Shown here piece after piece: positions 1 through 8,138 of a stretch of 64,000 nt of DNA. Position 1 is the first letter of the stretch. Each line of letters begins with the position of its first letter. Source of the stretch: Alphaproteobacteria bacterium (GTDB lineage: Bacteria > Pseudomonadota > Alphaproteobacteria > RF32 > CAG-239); the NCBI GenBank assembly GCA_015062235.1, contig SUUZ01000004.1, positions 17,497 to 81,496 of the forward strand, read 5' to 3'. The translations under genes were made by a program, and so were the position numbers. Under the pieces are notes generated by a model that was given only the letters and a program-made list of their open reading frames with translations, was not told where the DNA came from and ran no database searches.

Positions 1-284
1 ACAGGGCAATTTAATTTTGGTAAAATATGACCTATAGCCCCAAAATGATCTTCATGACCATGAGTTATGAAAAGAGCTTCAATGTCATTGCAGTATGCTT
101 CTAAAAAAGAGGCATCAGCAAGCCCCATTTCCATACCAGGAAAATCATCTTGTAAAAAACCATAACCTGTATCAACAACAATTATTTTGCCATTTATAAT
201 ATAGGCAAACATATTATAGCCAACCTCTTCTGCTCCGCCAAGAGCGACAAAATAAATTCCTTCTTTATTAAATTCTTGTATCAT
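1..284 (-). CDS. RNase J / metallo-beta-lactamase (beta-CASP) family ribonuclease, N-terminal part (gene runs off left edge)
   Basis: Reverse translation starts MIQEFNKEGIYFVALGGAEEVGYNMF...ITHGHEDHFGAIGHILP (HxHxDH metallo-beta-lactamase motif). ATG at 282-284 follows an AAGGTAGG SD. This is the typical birA-RNase J neighbourhood of alphaproteobacteria. Confidence 0.7.
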   Translation of the reverse strand, partial: MIQEFNKEGIYFVALGGAEEVGYNMFAYIINGKIIVVDTGYGFLQDDFPGMEMGLADASFLEAYCNDIEALFITHGHEDHFGAIGHILPKLNCP

Positions 285-296
285 ACCTACCTTCTT

Positions 297-1007
297 TTAT
301 AAAAAGACATCGCCTGCTGCAATTTTTTTTATTGAACTATTTGTTTCTAGCAACAATAAACCTTGTTCGTCAATACCTTTAAATATTCCCTCTTCTACAA
401 TATCTTTTAAGCTTACTTTAATCAAGCTGTTTATGTATAAAGCATGTTCTAACCATTTTTGCCTAATTAAAGCAAAGTCTTGTTGGCAAATATTCATATT
501 GTTATCAAATTTGCTTAGGTAATTTTGCAAAAAATCTTTGCACGATATTGAAAAACCTAAACTAGCTAGATCAGTAGTTGGATAAATTATATCTCTATTA
601 TCAGGATGTGATTTTAAATTAACACCAACACCAATTATTACATTACCATTATCCGCTTGTTCAATTAAAATTCCACATATTTTCTTATTGTTTACTAAAA
701 CATCGTTTGGCCATTTGATACCTATAGTCAAGCCATTGGTTAAGTCAGATAATGTTTCAGCTATGCTAACCGATGTTACAAATGTTAGCTTGGAAATATC
801 TATATCTGTAGAAATTAGTTGGCTCAAAAATAAATTTCCAGTCTGTGAAATCCACTGTCTTCCTCTACGTCCACGCCCTACTGTTTGCTGTTTTGCTGTA
901 ATTATTAATGCTTTTGCTTCTGGTGGTATATTATATTTTTTTACAAGATCGTTTGTTGATGTGGTTTCTTCAACATTTAGCCATTGCCATGAATTATTTA
1001 ATATCAT
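297..1007 (-). CDS. birA: biotin--[acetyl-CoA-carboxylase] ligase
   Basis: 236 aa with the GRGRRGRQW biotin-ligase signature and overall BirA catalytic-domain similarity. Confidence 0.8.
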   Translation of the reverse strand: MILNNSWQWLNVEETTSTNDLVKKYNIPPEAKALIITAKQQTVGRGRRGRQWISQTGNLFLSQLISTDIDISKLTFVTSVSIAETLSDLTNGLTIGIKWPNDVLVNNKKICGILIEQADNGNVIIGVGVNLKSHPDNRDIIYPTTDLASLGFSISCKDFLQNYLSKFDNNMNICQQDFALIRQKWLEHALYINSLIKVSLKDIVEEGIFKGIDEQGLLLLETNSSIKKIAAGDVFL

Positions 1008-1011
1008 CTGA

Positions 1012-2436
1012 TTAAGAAATTCCTCCTAATATTACAAGAGCATCATGAAGCAACCATGCTGGATTAATTAAAGATATTAATATAAATAATACATTGATAA
1101 ATAAGCAAATGTAAATTGATTTATCTGTGCGGTCAAACTTTGTTGTTGGAGATTCAAAATAGATAATTCTTACAATTTGCAAGCAAGCTCCTGCAACAAA
1201 TAATAAACTTCCTAGCAATAATGTGACCCTAAACCACTCATTGCTAGAAACTAAATTGTTAATCACGGAAAGATAGCCAAAAAAACCTAAGGTTGGCGCA
1301 AGTCCAATAAGTGAAAACATAAAAACTAAAAGTGCGGCAGACATATATGGTCGCATGGTATAAAAACCACTTATTGAATTTACTTCACTTAAATAATCTC
1401 CTCGTGATTTTAGGCTTAAAAATACGGTATATACACCTGTTAATGATAGAATAGCTATGGTAATATATGCAAATGAGGCGATAATAGATTTGTCAGAAAA
1501 ATTTTGTAATCCTATTATAGCAAAGCTCAAACAATAAATACTCAGGTAACCAAAAAGACGGCGAATATTAGTCTCGCGATTGGATGATAATGCCCCTATG
1601 ATAATAGATAACGTAGCAAAAATACTTATTAGTGGAACAATAAAATTAGATAACGGAGCTAAACATTTGCTTATCAGATTGATAAAGGCACATAAATATA
1701 TGAGTGGAGGAACAAGTGTTATGAAACCACAAACAGGTAAAACACCATTTGAGACAAAAGCTACAAACCAGTGATGAAATGGCACAATTGCCATCAAAAA
1801 CATAAAACAACTTAAAATAAACAAAATACCTAATAAAAATTGAAAAGTATATGTTTTATTCATCAACAAATATTGCTTAATTTTCAGATATTCAAAACTT
1901 TCAGTTTGAAAATATATAATGCTAACACCAACAAATAGCAAAATACAAAATAGAGTTGAACACCAAGCATAAGTTGACGCTGTTGTTCGCACTCGTTCAA
2001 TATCCCAGTGTCTTAAAATTAATAAATAATGCAAATAACATATTATTGGTATTATTAATGCTAAAGTAATAATTGAGGAACTGGAGGCTAAAATAGAAAA
2101 ACTAAATAAAAGTCCAAAACAAATTGAATAAAATTTTAATGATGGTCTATTTTTGTTTAGAAACCACTTGGAAGATAAATAAAACCAAGCCCACGCTAGT
2201 AAATAAACAAAAGTTTTAAACAATGTTGTAAAAGAAGAATTTTGCCACAAATACGGAAAAGCACTTTTATTATAAAATAAAATAGTTGAACTTAGGGATG
2301 CTAGTAGGAAGAATTGAGCAATTGAATAAAATGTTTTAGCTGTTTTTTCTTCTCGTAAAAGCTCTGTTAGCCATGCGACAACTAAAAAACTAACTAAACA
2401 AATTTCAGGTAATAAGATAAACCAATTTTGTAACAT
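1012..2436 (-). CDS. NuoN-like proton-translocating antiporter-type membrane subunit (complex I subunit N family, divergent)
   Basis: 474 aa polytopic membrane protein, NuoN-like in length and hydropathy, placed directly after a NuoM-like gene. The conserved TM5 Glu appears replaced (FSFSILASS). Confidence 0.55.
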   Translation of the reverse strand: MLQNWFILLPEICLVSFLVVAWLTELLREEKTAKTFYSIAQFFLLASLSSTILFYNKSAFPYLWQNSSFTTLFKTFVYLLAWAWFYLSSKWFLNKNRPSLKFYSICFGLLFSFSILASSSSIITLALIIPIICYLHYLLILRHWDIERVRTTASTYAWCSTLFCILLFVGVSIIYFQTESFEYLKIKQYLLMNKTYTFQFLLGILFILSCFMFLMAIVPFHHWFVAFVSNGVLPVCGFITLVPPLIYLCAFINLISKCLAPLSNFIVPLISIFATLSIIIGALSSNRETNIRRLFGYLSIYCLSFAIIGLQNFSDKSIIASFAYITIAILSLTGVYTVFLSLKSRGDYLSEVNSISGFYTMRPYMSAALLVFMFSLIGLAPTLGFFGYLSVINNLVSSNEWFRVTLLLGSLLFVAGACLQIVRIIYFESPTTKFDRTDKSIYICLFINVLFILISLINPAWLLHDALVILGGIS

Positions 2437-2445
2437 TTTATATCC

Positions 2446-3882
2446 TTACTCGCTAATAACAAACCACAAAGGTTTAATAAATGACATTAATAATAAAAAG
2501 ACAATAAACATCATAAAAATAAAAAGACCTAAAGATATATCATTATCTTTACCTAATTGACATTCTTTGGTATCTGTCTTTAATCTAAACATTTCAGAAA
2601 TGAGTGTTGCAGCAACAATTGTGCAGCTAAGCATTAGAACAACTCCCATTTGAATATTGATGGTAAAAAGTTCAGATAATATCAAGAAATTATTGATAAA
2701 CATGGCGGACACAGGAAAACCTGCTGCGGCACAAGTTAAAAAAGAATATGCCAATGAAAGTCTTTTGGCTCGACATAAAAATCCTTTAGCATCTGAACCA
2801 TTTTGTTGTTCTTGATAATAAATATATCCTGATAAAACCTCTAGTGCACCAAAAACCATCAGAAAACTAAATAAAGCGTAGCCAATATTGAGCATTATAA
2901 GTTCATTTTGGCTGAATATTCCAAGTAAATACATAATATAGTACACTGTAACAAAAGCAAATATTTTGTATTGAGCTTCTTTATGGATAAAAGCTATTAA
3001 GGCAATAAACAACATTGTTACCGCACCAACAACATTTAACCAAACAAAATATTGTGATATCTCTAGCGGAATATGTCTAGGCCAAAACCTAATCAAACCA
3101 TAGATACCACTTAAGGGCAAAATAGATGAAGCTAAAAAAACTAATGGATTATGAATCTTGGAATTTATTGATGAAATCCAATAGTGAAAAGGCCAAATTG
3201 GAATACGTGATATAAAGCCAAAAGCTAAAGCGCTCCAAATATACCAACCAAAATTTTTGTGCCAAAGTATTTTGAATGACTTATCTAAACTTAAGCTTCC
3301 ATAATATTTATATATGAGTAAAATACCTGTAAATAGAATAAAAGCTCCGATTAAATTATAGATAAAAAATCCGCCTAATTTTTCTGGGCGTTTGAAGCCT
3401 CCAAACATTCCTATTATCATAAATAATGGTAACAGCATTGCTTCAAAAAATATAAAAAATGAAAAAATATCAGCCGAAACAAATAAACCTGTTGTCATAC
3501 TCAGGAACAAAAGTACGAACGCCATTAACGACTTTTGACCTTGTGATGTAGCTCGAACTAATACTATTCCCATTAATATTACTAAATGAACAGCCAATAT
3601 CATCATTAACGATAAATTATCGACCGCAAAAACAATATTGATATCAGGAACAGAAAGCCAATCAAATTTTTCAAATAGTTGTAATTTTAATCGTTTTTCA
3701 TCAACGAGCATAAACACACGCCAAATTAAAACCAGATTAGCAACTATGGTAAACAGTGCAACATTTGAGCTGTTGTGTCCCTGTGAATCTGCATTTTCTT
3801 TAGATGTTAAAACAAACAACATCCCAAGAAATGGCACACACACAATAAGTGATAATATTGCAAAAGGACTACTCATAAACAT
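2446..3882 (-). CDS. NuoM-like antiporter-type membrane subunit (complex I subunit M family)
   Basis: 478 aa. FFIFFEAMLLPLFMIIGMFGG matches the conserved NuoM/MrpD TM5 region (FFEAML.P....IG.WGG). Confidence 0.65.
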   Translation of the reverse strand: MFMSSPFAILSLIVCVPFLGMLFVLTSKENADSQGHNSSNVALFTIVANLVLIWRVFMLVDEKRLKLQLFEKFDWLSVPDINIVFAVDNLSLMMILAVHLVILMGIVLVRATSQGQKSLMAFVLLFLSMTTGLFVSADIFSFFIFFEAMLLPLFMIIGMFGGFKRPEKLGGFFIYNLIGAFILFTGILLIYKYYGSLSLDKSFKILWHKNFGWYIWSALAFGFISRIPIWPFHYWISSINSKIHNPLVFLASSILPLSGIYGLIRFWPRHIPLEISQYFVWLNVVGAVTMLFIALIAFIHKEAQYKIFAFVTVYYIMYLLGIFSQNELIMLNIGYALFSFLMVFGALEVLSGYIYYQEQQNGSDAKGFLCRAKRLSLAYSFLTCAAAGFPVSAMFINNFLILSELFTINIQMGVVLMLSCTIVAATLISEMFRLKTDTKECQLGKDNDISLGLFIFMMFIVFLLLMSFIKPLWFVISE

Positions 3883-5179
3883 AGCTCCCTAAATATGTTA
3901 GCATAATTACAAAACCTAAAACTATACTAATAAGACAGCTCCATTTTCCTGTTTCTTGTATTTTGTGTACGCTATTTACAATTAGTCTTGAACCATGAGA
4001 TATTGAAGCGATTATACTACGCTCTATTACAACGATATCAAAAACGAGCCATAAAATGCGTCCTAAAAATTTTAAAGGATTGATAAAGAATGTTTCGTAA
4101 AAATTTGATAAAAGATCATCACGTAATATATTTATTTTATTTAGTTTAGTTAAAAAGAAGATATTGTTTTCATCTTTTGAAAATTTGGCAATTAGAATAA
4201 AAATAAATGAAATAAGTAAAACAAAAATTGTTACTTTGGGTAATAAACTATATAAGTTATTTGTATCACTATAAATCATCAGTAACAAAAAAGCATTACT
4301 TGCCATAGCTAATGATATATTTTTTGATTTTATACTTTTGCTAAGCAAAATTCCACCCAAACCAATAGCAACGGATATAAAGCACCAATAAGTTATAATT
4401 AATGAGCTTATTGGAGAGGCATCTAACAATGGGCGCAATTTTGATACTAGAATAAATCCTGATAGTGGAACAGATAATAAAAGCATACTTAATAAGCGAT
4501 TATAAGAAACATTTTTCATTGCGTAATATTGGCCATTGAACAAAAAAAGCCCACATTTGCTAGCAATGCAAAATAGCAACAAACAAATAACTAAATCTTT
4601 ATGGTTACCATTCTTTATAAAAGGAGTAATGTTGTTTAAATCTATGGAATTTGTTGTACTATAAACAATGGCCAAAGCCATAAAAAGAGCCATTTCTGAT
4701 AAAAAATTGAAAATAAATATTTTCTTTTTAGCCGATATTATGTCTGGCATATAAAAGGTAATAATTGAAAACATTGAGCTAGCAAACATTAGTTGTAGAA
4801 AATCATTACTTGATACTAGTAAAATTAGGTTTGTAAAATTTAGAAGAAGCAGGGTGTTGAAATGCAATGAATGATATTCATCGTGATATGTGGTATTAAA
4901 TAAGATTAAATTTAATAAGATAATCAGTAGCCAAATATACATTTGGCTAATTTTTAGAGATGAGATAATACTAAAATTAGCATAAAGATTATCGTAAGTT
5001 AGCCAGTTGTAAATAAAGTTGGTATGATTGAAGGTATTTGTATTAGTTGCAAAAAAATAACAGATACAAGCCAAAATAGCAAGTAACCCAAAAGACCAAA
5101 TACGTCTGCGACGACCTTGAATAATAAGTATTGAGGCAGAGGCAATTACGAATAGAGCTATAAATAAATGTAGAACCAT
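3869..5179 (-). CDS. NuoL/MrpA-like antiporter-type membrane subunit, short and divergent (possibly degenerate)
   Basis: 436 aa (canonical NuoL is ~620-660). The C-terminus (FDIVVIERSI...HKIQETGKWS) resembles the NuoL/MnhA C-terminal motif FD..V.DG.VN......LQTG. The conserved GWEGVG region is replaced by ASSMFS. No nuoA-K upstream. Confidence 0.5.
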   Translation of the reverse strand: MVLHLFIALFVIASASILIIQGRRRRIWSFGLLAILACICYFFATNTNTFNHTNFIYNWLTYDNLYANFSIISSLKISQMYIWLLIILLNLILFNTTYHDEYHSLHFNTLLLLNFTNLILLVSSNDFLQLMFASSMFSIITFYMPDIISAKKKIFIFNFLSEMALFMALAIVYSTTNSIDLNNITPFIKNGNHKDLVICLLLFCIASKCGLFLFNGQYYAMKNVSYNRLLSMLLLSVPLSGFILVSKLRPLLDASPISSLIITYWCFISVAIGLGGILLSKSIKSKNISLAMASNAFLLLMIYSDTNNLYSLLPKVTIFVLLISFIFILIAKFSKDENNIFFLTKLNKINILRDDLLSNFYETFFINPLKFLGRILWLVFDIVVIERSIIASISHGSRLIVNSVHKIQETGKWSCLISIVLGFVIMLTYLGSYVYE

Positions 5180-5271
5180 AAAAAAACCTTATTAATTATC
5201 ACCGAAAATTAATATATAAAAAAAATAAGGGCTTTTAAAGCCCTTATTTAAAAGCTTTGTATAAGATAAAA

Positions 5272-5595
5272 TTAGCTTAATACAGCTTTAAGATCTCTTA
5301 CTAAACGCACAGGAACAATATATTCTCTTGCAACTTCGTCACCATCAATTTCTGCAACCAAAACTTCATCAACAGCTTTTAAGGGTTGACGTGCATTTTC
5401 ATTAATACCACCTAAAAAAACGGAGCTTTCACGACTTCTATATAGCAAAGCTGTTTCACCACCATCGTAAACAAAACGTGGATTTTCAGGTCCTCCTCGA
5501 CGTTGCTTAATGATTAGAAGGATTTCTCCTGCTCCATTTTGAAGAATTTCGTATGTGCCTTCGTTGGTTTCTGGCGTATTTGTAGTATTTTTCAT
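5272..5595 (-). CDS. hypothetical soluble protein (107 aa)
   Basis: Intact ORF with good coding character and no recognisable motif. Not hydrophobic, so not nuoK. Confidence 0.4.
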   Translation of the reverse strand: MKNTTNTPETNEGTYEILQNGAGEILLIIKQRRGGPENPRFVYDGGETALLYRSRESSVFLGGINENARQPLKAVDEVLVAEIDGDEVAREYIVPVRLVRDLKAVLS

Positions 5596-5708
5596 ATCTG
5601 CCTCATAGATTCTTTTAGCAATTTTGAGGCTAGTTTATCAGATAATTATTAACAAATATCTTACATTTTTATTTTTTTTAACTTTTTTTATTTTTTTGTT
5701 TTTTTTAG

Positions 5709-5737
5709 TTGACTTAATATTTTTTATCTTCTATACA
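5709..5737 (+). promoter_or_regulatory. sigma70-type promoter for tRNA-Lys (TTGACT-N17-TATACA)
   Basis: The -35 TTGACT (5709-5714) and -10 TATACA (5732-5737) are 17 nt apart. The tRNA starts ~20 nt downstream. Confidence 0.55.
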
Positions 5738-5757
5738 TAGCTTCGACCGATTGATAT

Positions 5758-5833
5758 GGGCTCGTAGCTCAGTCGGTAGAGCATTTGACTTTTAATCAAA
5801 GGGTCGGCGGTTCGAACCCGCCCGAGCTCACCA
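5758..5833 (+). tRNA. tRNA-Lys (anticodon UUU)
   Basis: 76-nt cloverleaf GGGCTCG TA GCTC AGTCGGTA GAGC A TTTGA CTTTTAA TCAAA GGGTC GGCGG TTCGAAC CCGCC CGAGCTC A CCA. It has 7-bp acceptor, D, anticodon and T arms, a TTCGAAC T-loop and an encoded CCA. Confidence 0.93.
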
Positions 5834-5835
5834 AT
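5817..5835 (+). repeat. 19-bp direct repeat copy 1 (tRNA-Lys 3' end, CCCGCCCGAGCTCACCAAT)
   Basis: Identical 19-mer recurs at 6043-6061. att-like duplication of the tRNA 3' end. Confidence 0.85.
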
Positions 5836-5837
5836 TT

Positions 5838-5868
5838 AACCCTAGGTTATCCTAGGGTTTTTCTTTAT
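5838..5868 (+). terminator. rho-independent terminator after tRNA-Lys
   Basis: AACCCTAGG-ttat-CCTAGGGTT hairpin followed by TTTTTCTTTATTT. Confidence 0.7.
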
Positions 5869-6042
5869 TTGGCGGGTTCCAACTAAAGTTCGTCTGGCTC
5901 ATAAGCTCAATAAATTTCGCTAACTCGCTGCGGTCACTCCTTTTGTAATATTCGCTACGCTTCGTTATTAACTCGCTTGCTCAATAACAAAATTTCGTCT
6001 GTCGTGAAAAATCGCTCCACTGGAGCAATTTTTTGCCTCCAG

Positions 6043-6061
6043 CCCGCCCGAGCTCACCAAT
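6043..6061 (+). repeat. 19-bp direct repeat copy 2 (duplicated tRNA-Lys 3' end; attR-like scar)
   Basis: CCCGCCCGAGCTCACCAAT is identical to 5817-5835. The 180-bp segment between the copies begins GGCGGGTTCCAAC (T-arm-like), so it looks like a displaced tRNA 3' half. Confidence 0.8.
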
Positions 6062-6064
6062 AAG

Positions 6065-6098
6065 AAATCCCCAATCTTAAAGGGCTGGGGATTTTTTA
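6065..6098. terminator. hairpin terminator (AAATCCCCA...TGGGGATTT + T-run), usable on both strands
   Basis: 9-bp perfect stem with a T-run on the plus strand. It lies just downstream of the stop of the minus-strand 639-aa gene. Confidence 0.55.
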
Positions 6099-6117
6099 TA
6101 TACGTATTTTTACATTA

Positions 6118-8037
6118 TTAATGAGATGCTTGTGATGCAGCTTTGTGCTTTTGAATGCTATTGTATAAAATTTTACTATAAATAGCTTTACCGTTTTCTT
6201 GGACTTTTTTAAATACATTCTTATATCTATCATCTTGCCCGCAAACTAATGTTTCTGTGTCTGCTAATAGCTCATTTCTTATTGAACCACTTACACCATT
6301 AACTATTGCTCTACCAGAAAATGCCAAAATAGCCTTTCCTTCTTTGGATAGTCCTTTTTGGTTTATATCATAACCAACAAAATTGTGTTGCTCAACCTCC
6401 TCACCCAAACTTGAACAAATAAAAACATTTCCTTGTTTTTCTGGGAAATAGCTTAGCTTCATTTCCCCCTGTGTATTGAGTTTTACAATTTCTGTATGAA
6501 AATTATTGTAATGACTAACCTCATCATCTTGTGCTGAACAAAATGAAATTAAGGTAGATTTTGAGACTCCTAAAGGACAATACGGGGCATGAGCAACACA
6601 AAGAAGTTGTTTTTGAATTTGTTGTTGCTCTTGTTTAGTATAGCCAAGTTCTTTCATTTTATCCATCATCATTTCTTCTAATTTTAAGAATGTATAAGCA
6701 CCATGACAATGCGCAACAATGTTTAGTTTCCTTATATTTTGCATTGCTTCTTCTTTTGAAATCTTTTTACCATCTTTATCTGATATGCGTGGTAAAAAAG
6801 CTACATCAAATATTTTTTTAATGTATCTAGGGTTTATTGTATCATCATTTAATGGAGATTTTGTTTTTATATTGCGCTTATATTTTTGCATAAGGCTGGT
6901 TCGAGCATTGTTTGCGTTAAAAACAATGCTTCGGTCATCCCAACTTCCAAAATCATATACAACAGAATATAATGCTACATCTTCATCCATTTGTTCTCTT
7001 TGAAGTAATTGTTCTAATGATTTTAGATAGCCGTTAGCTCTTTTGTCTGAGATTGTACCATCTCCTCCTAAAAATAAAATACAAGTTTCTGTTGGCTGTA
7101 TCTCATCTATATTTTTCCAACCCACAGGATTGTCCTCATCTTTTTCGACACGTTGCCCAATAGATATGCTACTGCATAGTTCTTCGTAATTTCCTAAAAT
7201 TCTATGAGCCAATTTTCCTGATTCTTTACTGTTATTAGGATTGGATAATCCTAAACGAACTATATCATCAATTTCATTTTGAAATTTTTCATGTGTTCGC
7301 ATACTTTCTAGTGATTTGTATGCAGATTTAAGAGTTTCTGCGTCGTTTTGCGAAGATAAAATATATTGTTTAATTATAGATAAACTATCTGGTATTTTAG
7401 TGGGAGAAACACTGCATATTTGGGATAAATTTTTATATAATGTAGAAAGTTGTGAAGAGTCTTTAGGAGTAGTTGTGGTGATGATTTTCCATATATCTTC
7501 AGATATTTCTGTTTTTTGTTGGTATATAGATGGTAGATTTTCCATCATCTTGTTTTCAATTGAAGGAAATAAGGATAAACTTTCATTTAGTATTTCTAGT
7601 GAAACATCCGAAGATGAAGCCATTATGATTGAGTTTAAAGCAGAAACATATCCATATTGATTATTTATATTTATATTTTGAGATGATTTTTTAATTTCCT
7701 CATATATCAGACCTGACAGCTCAGGACGAGATTTGAGTATATCGCTTGTACATCTTGCAATTAACCAATCGTTTCCTTGCGATTTAATTATATCAAAAGA
7801 ATCTTCAATCTCAGGCTGAGATAAATTGCTTATAATGGCTGCATATGTTGTACATAGACTTGGTCGCAAATCACTGGATTGCGCTACCTTGTCGTTACTT
7901 ATATGATAAAAAGCTGGGAGGTATAAAGATGAATCAGAAGGATGTTGATGTGTAAGCTCTTGTAAAGTTTTAAGGTAATTAGCAACATCTGAAAAACTAA
8001 ACTCTTTCTGATCTAATATTGCTTTTATTGTGTCCAT
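6118..8037 (-). CDS. large effector-like protein (639 aa): helical N-terminal region plus C-terminal putative alpha/beta-hydrolase-like domain with Cys nucleophile
   Basis: No housekeeping family recognised. The C-terminal half has ILFLGGDGT (HGGG-like oxyanion strand), NIVAHCHGAYT (small-x-Cys-x-small nucleophile elbow) and a later VAHAPY His. It sits next to the tRNA/att scar and has its own consensus promoter. Confidence 0.6.
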   Translation of the reverse strand: MDTIKAILDQKEFSFSDVANYLKTLQELTHQHPSDSSLYLPAFYHISNDKVAQSSDLRPSLCTTYAAIISNLSQPEIEDSFDIIKSQGNDWLIARCTSDILKSRPELSGLIYEEIKKSSQNININNQYGYVSALNSIIMASSSDVSLEILNESLSLFPSIENKMMENLPSIYQQKTEISEDIWKIITTTTPKDSSQLSTLYKNLSQICSVSPTKIPDSLSIIKQYILSSQNDAETLKSAYKSLESMRTHEKFQNEIDDIVRLGLSNPNNSKESGKLAHRILGNYEELCSSISIGQRVEKDEDNPVGWKNIDEIQPTETCILFLGGDGTISDKRANGYLKSLEQLLQREQMDEDVALYSVVYDFGSWDDRSIVFNANNARTSLMQKYKRNIKTKSPLNDDTINPRYIKKIFDVAFLPRISDKDGKKISKEEAMQNIRKLNIVAHCHGAYTFLKLEEMMMDKMKELGYTKQEQQQIQKQLLCVAHAPYCPLGVSKSTLISFCSAQDDEVSHYNNFHTEIVKLNTQGEMKLSYFPEKQGNVFICSSLGEEVEQHNFVGYDINQKGLSKEGKAILAFSGRAIVNGVSGSIRNELLADTETLVCGQDDRYKNVFKKVQENGKAIYSKILYNSIQKHKAASQASH

Positions 8038-8071
8038 ATTTCCCTCACAATGTTTTATTTTTATGAAGTAA

Positions 8072-8100
8072 ATTATAGCAAATCAATTGATTTTTATCAA
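8072..8100 (-). promoter_or_regulatory. consensus sigma70 promoter (TTGATA-N17-TATAAT) for the 639-aa gene
   Basis: On the minus strand, TTGATA aaaatcaattgatttgc TATAAT lies ~30 nt before the GAGGGAA SD and ATG at 8037. Confidence 0.6.
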
Positions 8101-8138
8101 CTGCTTTTTCAATGGGATGAAGCTTTGAAATTGAAATA

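Noticed and set aside
3869-5179. Calling the 436-aa NuoL-like ORF a pseudogene outright
   Set aside because: The reading frame is intact end-to-end with preserved C-terminal family motifs. The short length could reflect a genuine MrpA-like paralog, so it is flagged as divergent rather than disrupted.
5272-5595. Possibility that the 107-aa ORF upstream of the nuoL-like gene is nuoK
   Set aside because: NuoK is a ~100-aa three-TM hydrophobic protein. This ORF is hydrophilic with no TM segment.
5836-6061. Intact genomic island between the two tRNA-Lys 3'-end repeats
   Set aside because: Only 210 bp separate the repeats, with no integrase, excisionase or cargo ORF. Reported as an att-like scar rather than an island.
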